Sequence record: DRR378314_212
DNA: 55,816 nucleotides
Strand: one strand, 5' to 3'
Shown here: positions 48,861-55,816 of the stretch, piece by piece
Numbering within the stretch: the stretch's first letter is position 1
Layout of the letters: each line of letters opens with the position of its first letter
Notes under the pieces: generated by a model
Told to the model about the DNA's origin: nothing
Databases searched by the model: none
The model's input: the letters and a program-made list of their open reading frames with translations, nothing else
Position numbers and translations under genes: made by a program

Positions 48861-49900
48861 TGCTAATACGGAGCGTTTGGCTGCTTCTGCTGTTGGCTGT
48901 GGCGTTTAGTGCGCCCGCACAGCAGACAACACGAGTGGCTTTTGGCTGTTGCATTGACCATACCAAGCGACAGGAAGTCTGGGATGCGATTAATCATGCG
49001 CAGCCTGAAGTCTTTGTGTTCCTGGGTGATACTATCGATGAGAACGCCGGCGACATGGACGACTTACTGGATGCCTATGAGGTGTTTAACCGTTACCGCG
49101 GGCCACGGGTTCTGCGACGCAACTCTGCGGTTATGTCGGTCTGGAACCGCAACGATTACAGTCTGGATGGCAAGAGCGGAAAAAATAACCCGAATCGCTA
49201 TGCCGTCCGCAACCACTTTCTTACCTTTTGGCGTGAGCCGGCAACCTCGGAACGGCTGTTTCAAAGTCATGGTATTGCAAAGAGCGTAATTTTTGGAGAT
49301 GAACCGCAACGTGTGCAGGTTATTGTTCTGGACGGTCGCTGGAACCGTGACCCACTGAGTCAGGTGGGCTGGGTAGAGCGTCAGACTCGCCGCTTTAATG
49401 CTGATTTAGGTCCTTATCAGTCGAATAATACGGGCGATTTGCTGGGTGATGAGCAATGGCAGTGGCTTGCGGAGCAATTACAACAGCCTGCCGAAGTCCG
49501 CATTATTATGAGCGCGACACCGATAATAGCTCCTGCCAATGGCTATGATAGCTGGGCACTTTACTTGCGCGAACAAAACCGTTTAAAAGAGTTGTTAACG
49601 GAACTGAAACCTTCAGGTTTATTGCTGGCGAGCGGTGACCGCTTGTTCGGCGAGTTCGCTAAGTCAGATGAATTCCTGCCTTATCCACTCTGGCAGGTGA
49701 CGCCTGGGTCCATTAACTTTGATGGTGAAACGCCTTACTCATCTAGTTATCGCGACGGTGAGGCTTATGCTGAAAGCCGTTACGGTCAAATTGAAGTTAT
49801 TTGGAAAGAGCAGCCGGAACTGGAACTAACACTCCGCGATGTCGACGGCCGGCCGCTCGATACTCGTAAACTCAACCTTAGTCAGTTACAACCAGATTAG
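48860..49900 (+). CDS. Exported PhoD-like metallophosphoesterase homologue with degenerate active site
   Basis: RVAFGCC, FLGDTID, VWNRNDY, VLDGRW, LLGDEQWQWL, SGDRL; Sec-type signal peptide; start overlaps the pilT stop (TAATG). Confidence 0.7.
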   Translation: MLIRSVWLLLLLAVAFSAPAQQTTRVAFGCCIDHTKRQEVWDAINHAQPEVFVFLGDTIDENAGDMDDLLDAYEVFNRYRGPRVLRRNSAVMSVWNRNDYSLDGKSGKNNPNRYAVRNHFLTFWREPATSERLFQSHGIAKSVIFGDEPQRVQVIVLDGRWNRDPLSQVGWVERQTRRFNADLGPYQSNNTGDLLGDEQWQWLAEQLQQPAEVRIIMSATPIIAPANGYDSWALYLREQNRLKELLTELKPSGLLLASGDRLFGEFAKSDEFLPYPLWQVTPGSINFDGETPYSSSYRDGEAYAESRYGQIEVIWKEQPELELTLRDVDGRPLDTRKLNLSQLQPD

Positions 49901-51434
49901 GCGGTTTACGGTGCTTTGTTGCCTGTTCGTAGGCGAAAGCCGCTTCTATGAGCGTGGCCTCAGAGCGTGCAGCGCCAAAGAAACTGATACCGACCGGCAG
50001 GGCGGGTTCGTCTCCAATTTGGATATAACCCATAGGCACTGATATGTGCGGGTATCCGGCAACGGCAGCCGGTGAACTGGCTGAGCCTGAATAGTTGTCG
50101 CCAAGTACGTGATCGATTTTCCAGGCAGGGCTTGTTGTCGGAGCTATTAGTAAGTCGATATTGTTCTCCTCAAGCATGGCATCGATGCCTTCTTTACCTG
50201 CCAGCTTTTTGCTTTTGGCCAACGCTTTCTGATAAGCGGCTTCGTCATCCTGAGCCTCTGCCATTTCAAAGAGCTCCTGACCAAATAGTGACAACTCCTG
50301 CTCAGGCAATTCATTATTTGCCGCTATCATATCGCTTAAATTGTTATAGGGCAGATTCGTGCTGCTCAGGTAAGCCGCCATATCCTGTTGAAACTCATAC
50401 AGCAGCACGGTAAATTCATCGCCGCCGTATTCTCCGTAGGTTGTCATCTCAACGTTAATAATTTCAGCTCCCTGAGCTTCCATAATCGAGAGCTGTTGCT
50501 CGAACTGTTCGTCAAGCAAGTTGTTGTAACCCATTAAGTTACGAACGACACCAATACGCTTGTCTTTGAGTCCGTCTGCTTTTAAATGCGAGGCAAAATT
50601 CGTTTCAGTACGATAGCCCGCGGGGTCATTCGGATCGTAAGCTTGCATCGCATCCAGCATTAAGGTGGCTCCGGCTACGCTACGAGCCATTGGGCCTGCA
50701 GTATCCTGACTATGCGCAATAGGGATAATGCCGTCGCGACTGATAAGGCCCAGCGTTGGCTTGATGGTAACAATGCCATTAACAGCGGCCGGACAGGTTA
50801 ACGAGCCGTCGGTTTCGGTACCTACCGCAAGTGCGACTAAATCGGCGGCAACAGCGGTAGCGGAACCTGCACTGGAGCCACAAGTAGAGCGAGTCGTGTC
50901 ATACGGATTCACGGCCTGACCTCCAATAGCACTCCAGCCCGAACTGGAGCGGGTAGAGCGAAAATTCGCCCACTCACTTAAGTTGGCTTTGCCTAAAATA
51001 ATAGCTCCGGCATCACGCAATTGTTCTACAAGAAAAGCATCATCTTCCGGGTAGTTTTCTGCGAACAATAATGAACCCCCGGTATTTGCCATACCGTCGG
51101 CGGTATCGATGTTGTCTTTTAACAGAACAGGAATGCCGTGCAATGGACCGCGAACCTTGCCTTGTTCGCGCTCGGCATCAAGCCGTCTGGCATCTTTCAG
51201 AGCATTCTCATTTACGCTGTTTACCGCTCGTAAATTCGCACCCTGACGGTTATGAGTATTGATGCGCTGCAGATAATATTGTGTGAGTTGCTCGGCATTT
51301 AAATCACCATTGGTCATGGCGTTTTGCAATTCGATAACAGAGGCGTCCTGCCAGGAAAACTTACCCTGCTCCGTCGGTGATGTCTGACAAGCCGATAAGG
51401 TCAGAATAAATAGAAATGCAACGAGTTGTCTCAT
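49878..51434 (-). CDS. Amidase-signature family amidase, lipoprotein
   Basis: Lipobox LSAC; GPLHGIPVLLKDNI, GKANLSEWANFRS, GSSAGSA, GTETDGS. Confidence 0.9.
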   Translation of the reverse strand: MRQLVAFLFILTLSACQTSPTEQGKFSWQDASVIELQNAMTNGDLNAEQLTQYYLQRINTHNRQGANLRAVNSVNENALKDARRLDAEREQGKVRGPLHGIPVLLKDNIDTADGMANTGGSLLFAENYPEDDAFLVEQLRDAGAIILGKANLSEWANFRSTRSSSGWSAIGGQAVNPYDTTRSTCGSSAGSATAVAADLVALAVGTETDGSLTCPAAVNGIVTIKPTLGLISRDGIIPIAHSQDTAGPMARSVAGATLMLDAMQAYDPNDPAGYRTETNFASHLKADGLKDKRIGVVRNLMGYNNLLDEQFEQQLSIMEAQGAEIINVEMTTYGEYGGDEFTVLLYEFQQDMAAYLSSTNLPYNNLSDMIAANNELPEQELSLFGQELFEMAEAQDDEAAYQKALAKSKKLAGKEGIDAMLEENNIDLLIAPTTSPAWKIDHVLGDNYSGSASSPAAVAGYPHISVPMGYIQIGDEPALPVGISFFGAARSEATLIEAAFAYEQATKHRKPPNLVVTD

Positions 51435-51560
51435 GCTAAAGCCTTTGTTGTTTTTATGTTTTCATAAAGTGGCATAACTTTTCCTGTAAGGCGAGTCATG
51501 CGAATAAAAATCAGGTAAAATAGCGTCAATTGTCGGTAAATAGCAGAATTGGTTAGTATT

Positions 51561-52595
51561 ATGCGGGTATTGGGTATTGAAACGTCTTGTGATGAAACGG
51601 GTGTTGCGGTGTACGACACCGAAAAAGGCTTACTAGCCCACCAGTTGTACTCGCAGGTGAAACTGCATGCCGACTACGGCGGGGTAGTGCCCGAGCTGGC
51701 ATCTCGTGACCACGTACGTAAAACCTTACCGTTGATTAAAGCTGCGCTCAAAGAGGCCGGGATTTCGCATCAGCAACTGGATGGTATTGCTTATACCATG
51801 GGACCTGGGCTGGTTGGTGCTCTGTTAGTTGGTGCTTGTATTGGTCGTAGTCTGGCTTTTGGATGGAATTTACCCGCGGTTGGAGTTCATCATATGGAAG
51901 GCCATTTGCTGGCGCCTATGCTGGAAGAAAACCAGCCCGAATTTCCTTTTGTCGCCTTGTTGGTTTCCGGCGGGCATACTCAACTGGTTCAAGTAAAAGG
52001 TATAGGCGATTATCATTTGCTGGGCGAATCAGTAGACGACGCCGCAGGCGAGGCTTTTGATAAAACAGCTAAGCTAATGGGGCTGGATTATCCCGGGGGG
52101 CCGCGACTGGCTGGCTTGGCGGAACAGGGCAACAGCGATCGTTTTACCTTTCCCAGACCAATGACAGACAGACCAGGCCTTAATTTTTCTTTCAGTGGTT
52201 TGAAAACTGCTGCGGCTAATACTCTGGCCGCTAATGACAGTGATGAGCAGACCCTGGCGGATATTGCGCGGGCATTTGAAGATGCGGTGGTTGATACCTT
52301 GGTGATTAAATGTCGCCGGGCGCTAAAAGAAACCGGCTACAAGCGTTTGGTCGTTGCCGGTGGTGTTAGTGCCAATAAGCATTTACGCGCAAAACTTGAA
52401 GCTTTATTAGAAAAACAAAAGGGTCAGGTGTTTTACCCGCGTACGGAATTTTGCACTGATAACGGTGCGATGATCGCCTTAGCGGGAGCTCTGCGTTTAG
52501 AAGCGGGAGAACGTGAGCCATTGGCAGTGAAAACACACCCAAGATGGCCAATGACAGATTTGAAACCCATGGCGAATATTAGCGACGCCGTTTAA
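51561..52595 (+). CDS. tsaD: tRNA N6-adenosine threonylcarbamoyltransferase
   Basis: [49 protein letters not shown]. Confidence 0.97.
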   Translation: MRVLGIETSCDETGVAVYDTEKGLLAHQLYSQVKLHADYGGVVPELASRDHVRKTLPLIKAALKEAGISHQQLDGIAYTMGPGLVGALLVGACIGRSLAFGWNLPAVGVHHMEGHLLAPMLEENQPEFPFVALLVSGGHTQLVQVKGIGDYHLLGESVDDAAGEAFDKTAKLMGLDYPGGPRLAGLAEQGNSDRFTFPRPMTDRPGLNFSFSGLKTAAANTLAANDSDEQTLADIARAFEDAVVDTLVIKCRRALKETGYKRLVVAGGVSANKHLRAKLEALLEKQKGQVFYPRTEFCTDNGAMIALAGALRLEAGEREPLAVKTHPRWPMTDLKPMANISDAV

Positions 52596-53169
52596 AGGCT
52601 TTTTCTTCGCCCGAGGACAAGCGCAGAATATTGGCCTGATGCCGCCAGAGTATCAATAGCGAAATCATAATAACCGGTACTGTGTATTGGGGTTTTATCC
52701 AGTAGGCATAAAAGGGGGCCAGACAAACGGTTACTAAAGCCGCTAAAGAAGATACCCGGCTGATACGGAAAACCAGTAACCAGGTGGCAATAAGCAGTAA
52801 AGCCATTTCCCAGGCCACCGGAAACATCGCACCTAAGGCAGTAGCTACAGCTTTGCCGCCACGAAAATGGAAGTAAAGCGGGAAAATGTGGCCAAGGCAG
52901 GCTGCAACCGCAATTAGCCCAAGGAAAAACGGCTCAATGCCGAGAAAGTAAGAGCCCCACACCGGAATCATACCTTTTAAAACATCAAACCAAAGAGTTA
53001 ATAACGCAGGGATTTTTCCGCCAACCCGGTAAACATTAGTGGTTCCGGGATTCCCCGAGCCTTCTTTTCGCGGGTCAGGTAAGCCCCAAAGCCGACAGAT
53101 AACCACAGCGCTACTGATAGAGCCCAGAAGGTAGGCTGAAAGTATCATCAGTAAAGTAAGCGCTGTCAT
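52579..53169 (-). CDS. plsY: Glycerol-3-phosphate acyltransferase
   Basis: [34 protein letters not shown]. Confidence 0.95.
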   Translation of the reverse strand: MTALTLLMILSAYLLGSISSAVVICRLWGLPDPRKEGSGNPGTTNVYRVGGKIPALLTLWFDVLKGMIPVWGSYFLGIEPFFLGLIAVAACLGHIFPLYFHFRGGKAVATALGAMFPVAWEMALLLIATWLLVFRISRVSSLAALVTVCLAPFYAYWIKPQYTVPVIMISLLILWRHQANILRLSSGEEKAFKRRR

Positions 53170-53266
53170 GGGGTACGAATCCCTCGTTGGTTAAGGTAGA
53201 CTGCGATTAAAAGTCAATGCCCCTAGAATAAGCGGTTTTTTGGGCAATTACCACGGGTTAACACAA

Positions 53267-53650
53267 ATGGAACAAGCAGATATTGATGTCGTTAGCATTG
53301 AAGGCTTAACCGTAGAGACCATCATTGGTGTCTATGACTGGGAAAAAGAAAAAAAACAGCAGTTGGTGCTGGATATCCAGATGAGCTGGGACAACCAGCG
53401 CGCGGCAACTACTGACAATATTGACGACGCTTTAGATTATGCACTGGTGAGCGAGCGGGTATCTGCCTGGGTAGCAGAAAAGCCGCGTCAGCTCATAGAG
53501 ACGGTCGCGGAAGGCGTTGCCAGCCTTATTTTGAATGAGTTCGGAGTGCAGAACGTTGAAGTGCGGGTGGCTAAACCCGGAGCAGTGCCTAATGCTAAAA
53601 CGGTCGCCGTAAGCGTTCGCCGAAGCGTTTTTGACAGCCCATTTGGGTAA
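53267..53650 (+). CDS. folB: Dihydroneopterin aldolase
   Basis: IIGVYDWE, ALDYA, LIETVAE, KPGAV; divergent from plsY; ATG 53267 preferred as the start. Confidence 0.93.
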   Translation: MEQADIDVVSIEGLTVETIIGVYDWEKEKKQQLVLDIQMSWDNQRAATTDNIDDALDYALVSERVSAWVAEKPRQLIETVAEGVASLILNEFGVQNVEVRVAKPGAVPNAKTVAVSVRRSVFDSPFG

Positions 53651-53661
53651 GAGGATAAGTT

Positions 53662-54171
53662 GTGGCGCAAGTTTTTCTCGGAATAGGCTCTAATACGGAG
53701 CGTGAAAAACACATTCGGGCAGGGTTAAAAGCCATTGAAAAGAGCTTTGACTGGCAACAACGTTCAAGAATTTTTCGCAGTGCTTCGGTGGGGTTTTCCG
53801 GCAGTGATTTTTACAATCTGGTGGTCGAGGTAGAAACCGACCTTTCTGTTACCGAAGTTCTGGCCGAATGTAAGCGCATTGAGCAGGAAAACGGACGGGT
53901 TCCGGGCAGTGCCAAGTTCAGTCCGCGAACCTTAGACATTGATGTCTTATTGTATGATGACGTCATTCGGGAGCAACAGCCGCAGTTGCCTCGTGGTGAA
54001 ATTCTTGAAAATGCTTTTGTGCTCTGGCCGCTGGCTGAAATAGCCGGGCACCGCTTGCATCCGCTTTTAAATGTGAGTTATGAGCAGTTGTGGGAGCAAT
54101 ACCAGCAAACCCATAAAGACTCACCGCAACAATTAGAGCCTATTAGCGACACTCATTGGCTGGAAGGTTAA
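53662..54171 (+). CDS. folK: 2-amino-4-hydroxy-6-hydroxymethyldihydropteridine diphosphokinase
   Basis: [34 protein letters not shown]. Confidence 0.92.
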   Translation: MAQVFLGIGSNTEREKHIRAGLKAIEKSFDWQQRSRIFRSASVGFSGSDFYNLVVEVETDLSVTEVLAECKRIEQENGRVPGSAKFSPRTLDIDVLLYDDVIREQQPQLPRGEILENAFVLWPLAEIAGHRLHPLLNVSYEQLWEQYQQTHKDSPQQLEPISDTHWLEG

Positions 54172-55280
54172 TTCAATGCCTCAGCCAGTATCTGCTCACG
54201 CTGTTCGCGTAAGGCATCGCCCAGGGCTTTACCGGTGAGACCTTGCTGCTGCATAGTCTCAGCATTAAGTGCTGCTGCTTTTTCTGCCCCTGAACGTAAT
54301 TTTTTATGCTGATCAGCGACACTTTGTTGTTGCTTAGATTCACTATATTCAGCTTGCCTTAATTGCAGTAACTGCTCCAGCTTTTCCGGTCGGCGCCAGT
54401 AGTCTATTTGTTTTAGTATTGCAGCCAGTTGGGCTTTTTCGGGTAACTCCGGTGCGGTAATGAAATCTTCATGATTTCTAGCCAGCAAAGCGCCGTCACG
54501 GTAATGATTCGGTATGGCCAGCTGTCTGCAAAACTGCTTCAGGCTCTCAGGGGTTGCTTGCTTTATAAATAAGCTGGCAAATCGCAGTGTCGCTGAATCT
54601 GAATAAGCCGATGTTCTTCGCAAACGCTGCAATTGTGAATCATCGGCGGTTATTCCCGGCAACACCTGAGAAAGCGCTTGTATGTCTTTAAGTAGAGTTA
54701 AAAAAACGGTTGGCGTTGGGGTTACCAGCGACTTTTCCCATTCCCGCCAGACCCTTTCCGGGACTAAATGACTGAGTTCCTGACTGGCTGACATTTCCTG
54801 CAGCATTTGCTGAGTCTCTTCGGCGACGGTAAAACCTAAGTGGGCAAAACGTGCGGCAAAGCGCGCCACTCTTAATACCCTTAGCGGATCCTCAGTAAAA
54901 GCCTCAGAAACATGGCGTAACTTGCGCGCTTTAATATCTTGCACGCCATTGTATGGATCGACTATTTCACCGTCCTCGCTTTGCGCAATGGCGTTAATGG
55001 TTAAATCCCGGCGGGCTAAATCATCTTCCAGAGTCACATCGGGAGAGGCAAAAACGTCAAAGCTGGTGTGGCCTTTGCCGGATTTTCTTTCAGTCCGGGC
55101 CAGTGCGTACTCGTCGCGGGTACTGGGGTGCAGGAACACAGGGAAGTCTTTACCAACTTGCAGAAACCCCTGTTTCAGCAAGTCTTCTGCACGGGCACCG
55201 ACCACTACCCAGTCGCGTTCGTGTACTGGTAATTTCAGAAGTTTATCGCGTACTGCGCCACCAACTAAGTATACGTCCAC
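54168..55280 (-). CDS. cca: CCA tRNA nucleotidyltransferase, short form without the HD motif
   Basis: [50 protein letters not shown]; 370 aa. Confidence 0.9.
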   Translation of the reverse strand: MDVYLVGGAVRDKLLKLPVHERDWVVVGARAEDLLKQGFLQVGKDFPVFLHPSTRDEYALARTERKSGKGHTSFDVFASPDVTLEDDLARRDLTINAIAQSEDGEIVDPYNGVQDIKARKLRHVSEAFTEDPLRVLRVARFAARFAHLGFTVAEETQQMLQEMSASQELSHLVPERVWREWEKSLVTPTPTVFLTLLKDIQALSQVLPGITADDSQLQRLRRTSAYSDSATLRFASLFIKQATPESLKQFCRQLAIPNHYRDGALLARNHEDFITAPELPEKAQLAAILKQIDYWRRPEKLEQLLQLRQAEYSESKQQQSVADQHKKLRSGAEKAAALNAETMQQQGLTGKALGDALREQREQILAEALN

Positions 55281-55389
55281 TGTTCACCTCAACTTTGTTT
55301 GGCATGATCATGTCGAATCACTGGTCGATGTGCAAGCAAGTCGTTACACTGTTGAACAAATAATATTATCAGCACAGTAGCGGGCCGAT

Positions 55390-55816
55390 ATGTATCAGAA
55401 CTATTTTGGTCTTCAGGCAGAGCCTTTCTCCATTGCCCCGGACCCAAATTACCTTTACCTGAGTGAACGGCATCAGGAGGCTTTGGCGCATCTTACACAG
55501 GGGCTACAAGGCAGCGGTGGTTTTATTCTGTTAACCGGGGAAGTGGGCACAGGTAAAACCACGGTATCCAGAGCGTTACTGGAGCAGTTGCCCGAGTCAA
55601 CGGAAACGGCGTTCATCCTCAACCCTATGTTGAATGAAGATGAACTGCTTGCCAGCCTGTGCGATGAGTTTGGTATTCGTTATCAAAAGCGCTCTGCGAC
55701 CCGTAAAACACTGACCGATAAGCTCAGCCAGTTTTTTCTGAAAGCTAACGATGATGGCCGCCAATGTGTGGTGCTCATTGATGAAGCTCAGCATTTACGC
55801 CCGCAGGTTCTGGAGC
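55390..55816 (+). CDS. exeA: ExeA/GspA-family AAA ATPase, N-terminal part (runs off the window; not in the ORF track)
   Basis: Manual translation MYQNYFGLQAEPFSIAPDPNYLYLSERHQEALAHL..GFILLTGEVGTGKTT..VLIDEAQHL. Confidence 0.85.
   Translation, partial: MYQNYFGLQAEPFSIAPDPNYLYLSERHQEALAHLTQGLQGSGGFILLTGEVGTGKTTVSRALLEQLPESTETAFILNPMLNEDELLASLCDEFGIRYQKRSATRKTLTDKLSQFFLKANDDGRQCVVLIDEAQHLRPQVLE

Noticed and set aside
51514..51544. Direct repeat ggtaaa(a)tagc upstream of tsaD
   Set aside because: Only two imperfect short copies, one probably being the -10 element; not enough evidence for a separate element.
55365..55391. GCCGATAT before exeA as a sigma28 -10 element
   Set aside because: It overlaps the start codon and has no TAAA -35 at the proper spacing.
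1..55816. CRISPR arrays, tRNA/rRNA genes, IS elements, prophage or anti-phage defence genes
   Set aside because: No spaced repeats, cloverleafs, transposase/integrase or defence-domain motifs were seen; intergenic gaps are short and explained by promoters or terminators.

Overview
This is a gene-dense core-chromosome window from a marine gammaproteobacterium (Alteromonadales). Gene content and order suggest Idiomarina, which is an inference only. I found no rRNA, tRNA, CRISPR array, transposase or prophage. Contents in order: (1) a phosphate module (alkaline phosphatase fragment, Pho box, ppk1-ppx); (2) an acetate module (DcaP porin divergent from acs-crbR-crbS) whose reading frames overlap directly into murB-birA-coaX, then motX with a sigma28 promoter inside coaX; (3) a minus-strand run of carboxy(nor)spermidine genes, prolyl oligopeptidase, tmcA, an NSS transporter, zapE, cnoX and two aldehyde dehydrogenases; (4) deaD with a long structured leader; (5) an FeS photolyase-lipocalin operon with a ChrR-type sigmaE-like promoter; (6) an uncharacterised glycosyltransferase followed by a single-ORF WaaA-KdkA fusion; (7) proBA and the mutY/trmB/hemW/rdgB/yggT/proC/yggS/pilT cluster with inserted genes; (8) a PhoD-like protein that has lost metal ligands and is coupled to pilT; (9) an amidase, tsaD-plsY-folB-folK-cca and the start of exeA. 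The best leads are the glycosyltransferase + WaaA-KdkA LPS module with a retained internal start, the probable PhoD pseudo-enzyme in the pilU position, and the deaD leader with mutually exclusive RNA pairings. All calls come from motif recognition by eye; no database searches or folding programs were run.
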